Assembly: GCA_036867785.1 (NCBI GenBank)
Contig: CP145424.1
Location: forward strand, 186,001-250,000
Direction: 5' to 3'
Length of the DNA stretch: 64,000 nt
Source: Plasmodiophora brassicae
Taxonomy: Eukaryota
Shown here: positions 1 through 10,519 of the stretch, one piece after another
Layout: each line of letters opens with the position of its first letter
How positions within the stretch are numbered: the first letter of the stretch is position 1
Notes under the pieces: model-generated
The model's database searches: none
Seen by the model: only the letters and a program-made list of their open reading frames with translations
What the model was told of the DNA's origin: nothing
Translations under genes and position numbers: made by a program

Positions 1-1157
1 TCGATTGCATTCTCTCGTGGCAACAGCCGACCGACGTCCACGGGGTGCAGGTGTTTCTCGGGTTCGCTAACTTCTATCGCAAGTTCGTTCCCCACTTCGC
101 AGAGCTGGCCTTACCGCTGACAAATCTCACGCGTGATAACGTGCCGTTTCGTTGGGATCAATCGGCAGACGCCGCATTCACGGCGCTCAAGGTTGCTTTC
201 ACGTCAGCCCCTGTCCTTGCTCATTTCGACCCAGATCGCCCGTGCGAAGTGGAAACGGATGCTTCCGATTTCGCGGTGGCAATGGTCTTGTCGCAGCGGG
301 GCCCCGATGATGAACTTCACCCGTTGGCATTCTTCTCGCGCAAGCTCGCGCCTACTGATATCAATTTTCCTATCTACGACAAGGAACTTCTCGCGGTCGT
401 CCAGACCTTCGAAAAGTGGCGTCAGTTCCTGGACTCATCGCGACACCAGACCGTCATCCACAGCGATCATCGGAATCTGGAATACTTCACCAGCACTCAC
501 AAACTGAATCGTCGTCAAGTCCGATGGTCCCAACTGCTTAACGAATTTGATTTCGTTATCCAACACCGACCAGGCCGTCTTCATGGCAAGGCGGACGCCC
601 TGACTCGTCGCCCCGAATACGCGCCTTCTGATCAGGATGAGGTTGTGCTCCAGCAGTCACTCCTGCTCCTTCCAGCGTCGCGGCTCGGGCCAGGACCCCT
701 ACAGGAGGTCCAGATCAACGTGGCCGATACTACAACCGACGCACTCCTCGATCGTATCCGCCGCAACCAAGCTTCCGACCCGTTTGTGTGCCGCACCCGT
801 CAGCGACTTCATCGTCCGAGCGGCCGCCACTTTAGCGTCCGAGACGACGTTCTATACCGTGGACATTCTGTGGTCGTCTCTGGCGATGACTGCAAACTGG
901 ACATTCTTCGCTCTTTCCACGATAATGTCACGGCGGGCCACCTCGGTATTCGGAAAACCGTGCAGTTAATTCGCCGCGAATTTTGGTGGCCGGGTTTGAC
1001 CCCTTTCGTAGCCCGTTACGTGCTCTCCTGCGATACGTGTCGTCGGACTAAGACGGCTCGGCACAAGCCCTTCGGATTACTCATGCCACTCCCTCTGCCG
1101 ACGACTCTTTGGCGGTCCATTTCCATGGACTTCGTGGTTAAGCTTCCCTGTTCGAAC

Positions 1158-1341
1158 TGTCGAACAACGTATCCACTACGACCAGCAGCACATGCCTGCA
1201 GCACGTGAACGCCGTCACGCACTCCGCGACTCCGTGCCCGCCGGCGTTGGCAACCGTTACACCGTCGGCGACTACGTCGCCACTGTAACGTCCGCCGCAC
1301 ACGCCGTACGTAATACATCCACTTCATTATTGTCCTTCTCA
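1158..1341 (+). repeat. Copia 5' LTR
   Basis: Direct repeat identical to 6210-6393. Confidence 0.97.
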
Positions 1342-1384
1342 GATTAACAGTCGTATAGGCGCAGGCGCTGAGCCTCTACTCGCC

Positions 1385-4300
1385 ATGGCCGAGCGCCAGG
1401 CGACGCCTAACACGGATGACGACCCGCTGCGTCATCTGTCGCTCGAGGAGATCGACACCCGAATTGCCGAAGCGGAGGCAACGATCGCCAGGCAGGAGAA
1501 GATCGACCGTCTCCGTGTCCTGCAGCAGCAGCTGGCGCGTCCGACCAGCTGTCCATCGACCCCGGCCATGCCGATCATCGCCGAGGCGCACAGCCGAAGC
1601 GACGCAGGCCGACTGCCCATGCCCAAGTTCGAAGGTACTCCCGACTCGTTCACGTCCTGGGTTCAGACAGCTGCACTCTGGTTTCGCAATCGTGGGTACG
1701 CGGACGTCATCGGGATCAACGAAGATGGCTCGCCGACTGCGACAACCGGTACGGCACACGACCCAGCTCTCGAGGCAGCCGCGCGCGAGATTCTACTCGT
1801 CCACATGCTGGACCACAAGATCGCGTCCGCATTGTCTTTGTTTCAGGCAGGCTCGGCTGCCAAGTGCTGGCGCGTGCTGTTCCAGGCGTACAGCCCGTCG
1901 TCGCTGGCATCGGTCGTGCGCGCCGTCCGCGACCTCGTCACGGTCCAGCACATGCCCGGCGAGTCGGTCGCCACGTACGCCGCCCGAGTTCAAGCAGCGG
2001 CTCATCGCGTCCGGTCGACGGTACCGACCGAGATGCTGTCCCTCACCGACGCATTGGTCGCCGTCCTCATCTTGGCCAACGCATCATCCGATCTCGACGC
2101 CGTCGTCGCTGGCCTGCACAATCGTGCTCTGGACACGCTGCCCAGTGTCTCCGAGGTCGTCGGGTCGTTGACAAGCGAGGAGATCAGGGTCCAAGACGTG
2201 CGGGACCGACACGACGCGTTCCAAACGGCCAACCGCTCCAGTTGCGCCACATCGACGCGTCCCCGTGGACCACGACGCAACGAGTCCTGCGTCTTCCATC
2301 CCGGATCCAAGCACACTAACGGCGAATGCACGCTGCAACGACACATCTGGTACCGCGACAGCAACGCGAAAAGCAATACATCCTCACCAACGTCCAACGA
2401 GTATCCAACGTCTGGCGCTCATCCGATCGATCCGGCGCCCGAGCCGATGCGTGCTTTGTCGGCACGCCACGCCATCGACGTGTACGCGAACTCAGTAGGC
2501 CTACTGGACTCAGCGTGTTCCACGACGATGACGCCCCTGCGCCGACATCTCAGCTGCTATCGCCAAGGCACCGGACCGGAAGTTGAGCTAGCCGATCTGT
2601 CGCGTACGACCACTTCCGGTCGTGGCGTGACGTCATTCGGCATGGATGTCCAGGCGACGAGTATCGATTCGCTGCACGTTCCCCGACTTGGCCAAGCGCT
2701 AGTATCAGTTGGCCAGCTCACCAGATCAGGTCACAAGATCGTGTTCGACGGCGATACCGCGAAGATCTACTCGGGGGCCAACTGGACGGCGCCCGTCGGT
2801 CAGCCAGTGGCCGTCAGTCAACGAGGACACGATAACCTGTACCGGATTCCATTATCCGCTCCAACCTCCGCGCCCGGCACACTTCACTCTGCCCGAGTCT
2901 GCTCCTTGATCGCATCCAGCGTCTCATGCCGCGTCGCTAAGGTCACCGCCGCAGCTCCAGCTGTCTGGCACGCTCGAACCGGCCACCTGGGTTACGGCAA
3001 CCTGCGCATCCTGCACAAACGTTGTCGTGGCATGAAGTTCGACGGGCCAATCCCGAGGCCGCAAGATCGATGTCCATGCGCTGCATGTTTACTCGCCAAG
3101 GGCAAACGGTCATCATTCCCTCCCAGTACGTCGCGCGCGCGTCGTGTTGGCGATCTCGTCCATAGCGATCTGTCCGGACGGTGGCCTGTCGTCGGTGTCG
3201 GCGGCTTTGAGTACTACCAGACCATGCTGGACGATTCCTCTCGGTACCTGTCCGTCTATCTGCTACGTCGCAAATCGGAGGCGCTCGACGTCATCAAGCA
3301 CTATGACGCGCGTCTTCGCAACCAGGAAGGACGTGGTATCCGGACGTTCCAGACCGACGGTGGCGGCGAGTACAACTCCAAGGCGTGCGTCCTGTTCTAC
3401 AACGAGTCCGGCATCCTGCACCGCAAATCTGTCCCGTACACGCCCGAGCAGAACGGCCGCGCTGAAAGCGTCAACCACACGCTCTGCGGTATCGAAAGCT
3501 CAATCCGGTGCCACTCTCGCATGCCTGACTCCACGTGGCCCTGGTCGCTGTCCTACTCTGCGATACTGTACAACATCCACCCCAGATCAGTCCTTCCCGG
3601 GCGTCGCACATCGTTCGAGGCTGCTCGTCGCGCTCTACCTAACATCTCGGCCCTTCGTGTCTACGGTTGCGATGCCTATGCCATGCGACCGCATCCAGCC
3701 ACGAAGAAGCCGAGCAAGTTGGAGCCTCGTCGTGTTCGCGCTGTGTTTATCGGTTTCACGCCCGGCATGAAGGCTTGGCGGTTCTACGACGTGGACCGGG
3801 AAGACACGTTCGAGAGCACGACTGCCGAGTTCCTGGAGACCTCGTTCACATTCGGCTTTGGAAGATCCAGCCCTGCTAGTTCATCATCAGCGCCACCGTC
3901 CAGTCCCGAGTCGAGCTCTGCGCCGAACGTTGACACGATCGTCCCGACGCCCGTCTCTTCCGACGCCGTCATGGCACCTCTACCATCGACGTCAGCATCC
4001 TCTCTCGCAGCATCCCCTCCCGAGCCTCCGTCACCTGCCGCTGCGTCATCGCCTTCCGAGATCGTCCGACCGTCGCGCTCACCGTCTCCTGATGACGTAT
4101 CCACCGACGAAGATGATGATGACGCTGAAGATGATCCCGACTACGAAGGTTCGGCGTCCAGCAACGACTCTCCCAACGAAGCTGCCGACCCCGACGTCCA
4201 CGACAATTCCGATGCTGCTGATATCGTTGACCACAATGTCATCGACGTGCCACGCCCTCGCCGATCGAATCGTCGTCGTCAACCGCCTGGTGAATGGTGG

Positions 4301-6340
4301 AAGGCGCCGGAGGCGGCCAATCGTTCGTCGACACGGTGGTCCTCGACGGTCGACGCCTGGTTCCAGAATCCGACCCTAACGTTCCCGACACAGCGCCCTC
4401 CTCGTCGCTCCCGCCGACTGATCCGGCATTGGCAGCAGGTTGAGGAGCGCCGTCTGATCGATCAGGCCATCAGGTCCAACCGTCCGACATGTCGCGGCGC
4501 AGCTGCCAAGGCATGTCGAGCCAAGGTATCCGCCCCGATCGACCCAGCCCGTCTACCACGACCCGACCTGTCGAAGCTGAAAGCGACCGACATTCCCGTA
4601 CCCAACTCAATGGCCGATGCCCTCTCATCACCTTTCGCTGGCCACTGGTGGGACGCCGCCGTCACCCAGATGGCAACACTGGACGCCAAGGACACGTTCG
4701 GCCCGCTAATCGACCTGCCGAAAAGTAAGATCGCTGTTGGCGCCAAGTGGGTGTTCCGAGTGAAGTCCTCGCTCAGTGGCAACGGTGGCATCCGCAAGTT
4801 CACCGCCCGACTCTGTGCTCAGGGCTTCCGACAACGCCCCGGCATCGACTTCGACGATACGTTCGCGCCGACCGCCCGTGCCACTGCGTTCCTCGTTATC
4901 CTAGCGCTCGCGGCGCAGCACGGCCTGCATCTTCGCCAGGTCGACTGGGTGGCCGCATACCTGAACGCCGACATGCTCCATGATGTTTACATTCGTCAGC
5001 CGGATGGCTTCACCGATCATCACGTCCCGTACCGAGTTCGTCAACTGCAAAAGGCCCTTTATGGAACGAAACAAGGCGCCGAACGTTGGTACAAGACGCT
5101 TCGGGAGATGCTGTTATCACTCGGATTCGAATCGATCATCGCGGACCCCTGCGTCTTCCGGTACGATCGCGATGGAAAGTTCATGATCATGTCGGTGCAC
5201 ACCGACGACGGTCTGCTGGCGTACAATGACGTCCCGTTCGCGGAATCCGTTCTCGAGAAGCTCTCCACGATGGCCGAGATCACCGATCAAGGTGAACCGT
5301 CGACCCTGCTTGGCATGCGCATCCGACGCGAACCTGGCACCGGCGCCATCACCCTTGACCAAGCCGAGTACATCGAGAAGGTGTTGAGCGACTTCAACAT
5401 GTCGCATTGTCATCCGGTCGACACGCCGCACCAGCCTGGCGTTCACCTATCAACGACAATGAGTCCACAAAGCGACCTCGACCGTGACGAAATGGCGACC
5501 AAGCCGTACCTCAAACTTATTGGCTGCCTGACATGGCTCGCCCATCGATGCCGTCCCGACATCGCGTACATAACGAATGTACTGGCCCAATTCTCCTCGA
5601 ATCCCGGCATCCAGCATTGGCGTGCGGGGCAACGCGTTCTTAAGTACCTCGCCGGCACCATGACGCACGGCATCCGATACGAACGCCAGCCCGAAGATCG
5701 TCTGATCGCATACGCCGACGCTGATTGGGCATCCGACCCTGACACGCGACGGTCGCGCTCCGGCCACATCATCCTGCTGGCTGGCGGCCCCGTGCACTGG
5801 CAGTCACGTCGCCAAGACCTGGGCGCAGTCAAAGTTAGCTTATCGTCCACACATGCAGAGATCAAGTCGCTGTGTGCTGTTACCCGCCAGTTGGCCTGGA
5901 TCCGGTCATTCCTGACCGAAATCGGCTTCGCACGCTCCAGTCCGACGATCGTATACGAGGACAATCAAGGCGCGAAGGCCTGGTCTGGCTATCGTCGGAT
6001 GGATGATCGCACGAAGGACATCGAGGTGCAGTTTCACTACACCCGGGAGGCCGTCGAGGCCAGTTTGATCGTGGTCCACAAGTGCCCGTCCGCCGAGATG
6101 GCTGCAGACTACCTCACGAAGCCCGCTCTCAGCACCTCGTATCATGCGAACCTGCTCCTGGCCGGCATCATCGACACAAGTCCCAGGCCGTGTGCTGCTG
6201 GAGGGGGCGTGTCGAACAACGTATCCACTACGACCAGCAGCACATGCCTGCAGCACGTGAACGCCGTCACGCACTCCGCGACTCCGTGCCCGCCGGCGTT
6301 GGCAACCGTTACACCGTCGGCGACTACGTCGCCACTGTAA
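1385..6340 (+). CDS. Copia Gag-Pol polyprotein (Gag, protease, integrase, RT, RNase H), 1651 aa
   Basis: Protease LLDSACS, WHARTGH..C..C, integrase (HSDLSG, QTDGGGEY, PEQNGRAE), RT (KWVFRVK, QKALYGTKQ, HTDD), RNase H (YADADWA) in Copia order PR-IN-RT-RH. Confidence 0.97.
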   Translation: MAERQATPNTDDDPLRHLSLEEIDTRIAEAEATIARQEKIDRLRVLQQQLARPTSCPSTPAMPIIAEAHSRSDAGRLPMPKFEGTPDSFTSWVQTAALWFRNRGYADVIGINEDGSPTATTGTAHDPALEAAAREILLVHMLDHKIASALSLFQAGSAAKCWRVLFQAYSPSSLASVVRAVRDLVTVQHMPGESVATYAARVQAAAHRVRSTVPTEMLSLTDALVAVLILANASSDLDAVVAGLHNRALDTLPSVSEVVGSLTSEEIRVQDVRDRHDAFQTANRSSCATSTRPRGPRRNESCVFHPGSKHTNGECTLQRHIWYRDSNAKSNTSSPTSNEYPTSGAHPIDPAPEPMRALSARHAIDVYANSVGLLDSACSTTMTPLRRHLSCYRQGTGPEVELADLSRTTTSGRGVTSFGMDVQATSIDSLHVPRLGQALVSVGQLTRSGHKIVFDGDTAKIYSGANWTAPVGQPVAVSQRGHDNLYRIPLSAPTSAPGTLHSARVCSLIASSVSCRVAKVTAAAPAVWHARTGHLGYGNLRILHKRCRGMKFDGPIPRPQDRCPCAACLLAKGKRSSFPPSTSRARRVGDLVHSDLSGRWPVVGVGGFEYYQTMLDDSSRYLSVYLLRRKSEALDVIKHYDARLRNQEGRGIRTFQTDGGGEYNSKACVLFYNESGILHRKSVPYTPEQNGRAESVNHTLCGIESSIRCHSRMPDSTWPWSLSYSAILYNIHPRSVLPGRRTSFEAARRALPNISALRVYGCDAYAMRPHPATKKPSKLEPRRVRAVFIGFTPGMKAWRFYDVDREDTFESTTAEFLETSFTFGFGRSSPASSSSAPPSSPESSSAPNVDTIVPTPVSSDAVMAPLPSTSASSLAASPPEPPSPAAASSPSEIVRPSRSPSPDDVSTDEDDDDAEDDPDYEGSASSNDSPNEAADPDVHDNSDAADIVDHNVIDVPRPRRSNRRRQPPGEWWKAPEAANRSSTRWSSTVDAWFQNPTLTFPTQRPPRRSRRLIRHWQQVEERRLIDQAIRSNRPTCRGAAAKACRAKVSAPIDPARLPRPDLSKLKATDIPVPNSMADALSSPFAGHWWDAAVTQMATLDAKDTFGPLIDLPKSKIAVGAKWVFRVKSSLSGNGGIRKFTARLCAQGFRQRPGIDFDDTFAPTARATAFLVILALAAQHGLHLRQVDWVAAYLNADMLHDVYIRQPDGFTDHHVPYRVRQLQKALYGTKQGAERWYKTLREMLLSLGFESIIADPCVFRYDRDGKFMIMSVHTDDGLLAYNDVPFAESVLEKLSTMAEITDQGEPSTLLGMRIRREPGTGAITLDQAEYIEKVLSDFNMSHCHPVDTPHQPGVHLSTTMSPQSDLDRDEMATKPYLKLIGCLTWLAHRCRPDIAYITNVLAQFSSNPGIQHWRAGQRVLKYLAGTMTHGIRYERQPEDRLIAYADADWASDPDTRRSRSGHIILLAGGPVHWQSRRQDLGAVKVSLSSTHAEIKSLCAVTRQLAWIRSFLTEIGFARSSPTIVYEDNQGAKAWSGYRRMDDRTKDIEVQFHYTREAVEASLIVVHKCPSAEMAADYLTKPALSTSYHANLLLAGIIDTSPRPCAAGGGVSNNVSTTTSSTCLQHVNAVTHSATPCPPALATVTPSATTSPL

Positions 6341-6393
6341 CGTCCGCCGCACACGCCGTACGTAATACATCCACTTCATTATTGTCCTTCTCA
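6210..6393 (+). repeat. Copia 3' LTR
   Basis: Direct repeat identical to 1158-1341, preceded by the PPT. Confidence 0.97.
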
Positions 6394-7482
6394 CGAACGG
6401 GTATGACTCCATCCTCGTCGTCGTTGACCGCCTCTCCAAGATGGCGCATTTTATTCCTTGCAACGAAACAATATCATCTGTTGACCTTGCTGCCTTGTTT
6501 CTGGCAAATATCTTCCGCTTACATGGCCTCCCTGACGATATCGTGTCGGACCGAGGGCCTCAGTTCATCGCTAAGTTCTGGAAGCAACTTCTCATACGTC
6601 TCGGCGTGCAACGCAACCTGTCTTCTTCGCGGCACCCAGAATCCGATGGCCAAACCGAGCGGGTGAACCAAGTCATGGAACAGTATCTCCGTGCGTACGT
6701 CAACTACTTACAAGACGACTGGCAGCCGCTCCTTGCCGTAGCTGAATTTTCGTACAACAATGCAGACCATACCGCGACAGGTATGTCACCGTTTTTCGCG
6801 AACTATGGCTACCACCCACGTGTGATGGACGTGCAACCTCGACCGTCTACCAGCGCCAATCCGACTGCCGACGAGCGCGCTGAGTCCTTGCAGAGGATTC
6901 GCAACTTCTTGACCCGTCAACTGACTCGAGCTTCTGCCGATTCCAAACGATTCGCCGACGCGAAGCGGCAAACATCTCCGAAGTTTCAGGTGGGCGACTT
7001 AGTGATGCTACGTCGCGGCTCCCTGAAAACTCTGCGACCCTGCGCGAAGCTCGACTACCAATTTTTAGGGCCATTCCCTATCAGCCAACTCGTCAATCCG
7101 GTTGCTTTTCAACTCGACCTTCCTGCCGAGTTCCGTATCCACAATGTATTTCATGTATCTCAACTCGAGCCTTACGTCGCCAACCTTATCCCTGGTCGCA
7201 CTCAACCTCCTCCTCCACCGATTCTTCTCGCGGATGACGATGCTCCCCTCTTCATCGTTCACGATGTCCTCGATTCTCGATATCGCCGTTCCCGATTGGA
7301 ATATTTGATCGACTGGGAAGGGTACCCGCCTTCTGAACGCACGTGGGAACCCGCAGGAGAACTACACGGTACAGGTGGGCTCAACGAATTGTTGGTTAAC
7401 TTCCACGCTCGGTACCCAACCAAGCCGGGGCCGAAGTGGCGAAAGCCACCCCGCCGGCCGGCCCGATGACAGGGGACTATAC

Positions 7483-7616
7483 TGTTATGGCACGGCCGCG
7501 ACGGGGGTCGCGCAGCCGCGCAGTTTGAATAAACGTCCACGGCAACCGACGGCTTCGGCAGTCGGTTAATTCCGTGTTGTGGAGACAATAGTCGTCCGTC
7601 GTGTCGTCTCCTGACA
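7483..7616 (+). repeat. Gypsy family A 3' LTR (134 bp)
   Basis: TGTTATGG...CCTGACA; reverse complement of 17556-17689 and 23261-23394. Confidence 0.96.
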
Positions 7617-8137
7617 CCTATTTGTACGTTCACAGAAGGCGTTATGTTCTGACGAGCTCCGAACAGGGCATCGAGGCGAGCATAGCCGAAGCATTGACGT
7701 TCGCGCTTCTCTTCGATGCTTTTGACGCCCTTCTTCAGGTCTGCCTCGCACAGACCATAGCCAGTCTCATTGCTTTCGTGACGGACGCCTTTGTAAGTCT
7801 TCAGAATTGACTCGTAACGGCGCTTTGCGTCCATTGGCGCCCATTCCCGTTCAGGATGATGGCGGTTGACAAACTGCGCCAGCTCCTGGTAGGCATGCGT
7901 CTTGCTGACCGCTTTTCCAGATTCAACAGGTCCTACAAGGCAGCGCGTCATAGATTAGCACTGTAACCAAATAAACGACATTCGTTAACGCCTACCTTTG
8001 ACATTTCCCGTTATCAATCGAAAATTGTCTGGGTCTTCGAGCCATCTAATAACCAGGTCCTTTTCAAACGACGAAAGGCGCTTTCGTTGCTGCCCGGGCT
8101 GCTGGGACGACGACGCTTTGGACAACGACGCCGGCAT
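7617..8137 (-). pseudogene. Myb/SANT-like DNA-binding protein gene (Harbinger-accessory type), truncated by Gypsy insertion
   Basis: Two exons, LVIRWLEDPDNFRLITG and ELAQFVN...W...KRRYESILKTYK...CFGYARLDALFG, with a short intron near 7945-7995. The frame runs into the LTR at 7616. Confidence 0.6.
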
Positions 8138-8429
8138 CGCGACTACCCAAGTAAGAACATGCGCCACTGCGGCTTCCGCCAAAAATTGCTTCTACGGCAG
8201 GCTCGGATCGGTAAACAGTTTGCTTCTGACCCCGCTTGCTTCAAACGCGTAAGGTTAATTCTGACGACCCTCATTGATGGATATAGAGCGAAGATATTGG
8301 GTGTGACGGGCAACGTCGTAGACGTGAGACGCGGTGCACGTTACATCATCGCGGGCGGCGCTGACACCAGACTTGCGGAGTGCGTGGCAGCGTCGGTGTG
8401 CTGCACGAGTGTGCTGCTGGATATGGAGT

Positions 8430-9203
8430 TCGACACATACGACAGCAGAAACAACCTTACCCACCCCCTGCTGAACCGCGCCCGATCTGGACACTGCGGC
8501 GCCAGACAGTACCTCTTCAACATTAGCCAAAACATTGCCGGAGAATCATCCCAATGCCGACACTGCGGGAGCGCAACGGAAACCATTGAGCATCAACTTC
8601 TGCACTGCACCGCACTGCGCCACAAACTGCATCAAGAACAGAACGTGTACGCACGATTATGGAAAAACTCCTTCACAGAAGCTCTCTGGAAAGTGCCTAT
8701 ACATTTAACAACACGCCAAGACCACCAACACAACCAAGAACGAAGAACATTGTCCGTTCTGTTGTGCGAGCAACGAAATCCCACGGTAAAGTTTCACTGC
8801 CCCGCCAAGGACACAGGGCCTAAATGTTATGGGTGCCCGACAGCCCAGTAATTGTCGCCTAGGAGTTTTCTTACGGGATCACTTGAGCACGTTGGAAGAC
8901 GAAGGGGCGCCTGTAAAATAGGTGACCACTTCCCACAAGGGGGTGGATGTCGTCAGTAGTATAGGCAGATCAACCACAGTGAGGGAGATCAAAGTCTACG
9001 AACCTTTGGGGTGCCCATCGAGCCCTCAGACTCGCCCTGGAGTCGCCGACCTGCGTGATCCCAGCACAAAGGTGACAGGCCGGCACTGCCAGGCCGGGAG
9101 AAGCTTATGTTCTGGAAGCTGATCCTACGGTCCTCGGACCCGAGACCGAGGCGCCTGCTTGAAAAGCGCGAAACACAACTAAACTACACTAAACTAAACT
9201 AAA
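8430..9203 (+). mobile_element. 5'-truncated non-LTR retrotransposon (LINE) 3' end
   Basis: RARSGH...YL...CRHCGSATETIEHQLLHC is the C-terminal CCHC region of LINE ORF2 (stop 8851). A 3' UTR ends in an (AAACT)n tail at about 9177-9203. The 5' boundary is approximate. Confidence 0.75.
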
Positions 9204-9370
9204 GACGTTTTTGGTTGCTCCCGTTTGACGAAAGACTTCATCGAGAACTGGTAACCCGTGTCCGTTGACCTGTCGTGACGAAGCACTACAGTTCGTGTGG
9301 ACGGCAGCAACCAAGGGCGGCGTTGCCCTTCCTGTTCTGCCAGTTATGATTCGTCTGCTGGAGACTCTTA

Positions 9371-9902
9371 GGGCATCTCCAACGCTAGGGGCTATTCTAT
9401 TGCTATCGCGGCCTCCGGAAGTAAAAATAGCCCCGCTTAGAAACTCCGGACACATTGCTACCCACCGCGTGTCACGACTGGCATCCGTTTATAGCTGTTG
9501 GCAAGCGGCGTCGTAATTGGGCGCCGCTGCCAGACCAAATAAATGTCCGTGACGGTGGCCGACGTCAGTCGGCTAATGTCCTGTTAGCCCCAACATCGTG
9601 TTGTGCCTAACACCGCGGCAGCTGTCAAACGCTATCGCTATCCAATGGATCCTCGTGATAAACGACTGCCAGCCAATGCCGCCCCCGAGCCGGCTCCCCA
9701 CCTCTAATTTGGGAGCCACCATGCGGGGCGCAAATCGGCTTAGAACTCCGTAGCGACGGACCTCCAGTCCTTGCTGTTTCGTCCGAAATAGCAAGGATCG
9801 CGGACATTCTATCCTATCGATAGCAATTTGGTCCGCGGTGGGAGGGATAGAAACGTTCTATCAAGGTTAGAAATAGCAATAGCAACCGCGTTGGAGATGT
9901 CC
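9371..9902. mobile_element. PIF/Harbinger-type MITE (532 bp)
   Basis: TIRs GGGCATCTCCAACGC / GCGTTGGAGATGTCC (14 of 15 match), flanked by TTA at 9368-9370 and 9903-9905. Confidence 0.88.
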
Positions 9903-10009
9903 TTAGGCTACGACTTGTTTCCAAATCGCAAAGTGTCGGGTGGTGCGAGAGCGTCATCCGCGACCGTACCAACCAGGCACCATTATCCTGAAACACGTCC
10001 TTACCGATG

Positions 10010-10277
10010 CGAACATCTACGATATGTTATCCCGGATAAATTGTACTTGCTCCAACACTGTGTTCTGAAGATCAGCAACGAGGCCGTCGTCGAGGGAATG
10101 GGGCGTGTCATCAATCGACACGCAGCTGCCGGCCGTCATCTGTCGCCAGAGACTGTGGCCGACAAAGCCTTCATTGATTACAATGGCCCGGTACCCACAA
10201 AAGCCGATGGCATTCTCAATGGCGCTCTCGACATCTACTTTAAGGGCAACGAGCACCATTTTCCCAGTCCTCCTTAA
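10010..10277 (+). pseudogene. DNA-transposase C-terminal remnant (hAT-dimerisation-like)
   Basis: LKISNEAVVEGMGRVINRH...L...AFIDYNGP resembles the S.A..ER.FS...R..L tail of hAT-like transposases; lies among TE debris. Confidence 0.45.
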
Positions 10278-10519
10278 AAGGACGGACGTCTCACTTCGCG
10301 GTAACAGGAAAAGTTGTCTCCCGCTTGCTTGCCCGTCGCGATGCGAAGATCCCGACATTAGAGGACAAATGAACCTTCCGATCATTACCCCATTCCACAC
10401 AACCCTGTACACACCAATGTGAACGTTTTTTGGCGATGTGTACAGGCCTCCGTGCCTATGTACGTCTTCCCTCGACCGCAGCGTTTTTTTGCCGCATGCT
10501 CGGTCTCATTTGCAGCTCT

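Larger units (their letters stand above)
1158..6393 (+). mobile_element. Intact Ty1/Copia LTR retrotransposon
   Basis: Identical 184-bp LTRs (1158-1341, 6210-6393, TG..CA), 5-bp TSD CGAAC (1153-1157, 6394-6398), PPT GGAGGGGGCG at 6200-6209. Removing it restores the uninterrupted Gypsy sequence seen in copy 2. Confidence 0.98.
1..7616 (+). mobile_element. Ty3/Gypsy chromovirus LTR retrotransposon, family A copy 1 (5' part outside window; interrupted by Copia at 1158-6393)
   Basis: ORF 45-1157 encodes the RT thumb, RNase H (ETDASD, YDKELLA, SDHRNL) and integrase HHCC. ORF 6441-7469 encodes the integrase core (IVSDRGPQF, ESDGQTER), GPF module and chromodomain (YLIDWEGYPPSERTWEP). A purine-rich tract precedes the 3' LTR 7483-7616. 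Nearly identical to the reverse complement of copy 2. Confidence 0.97.
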
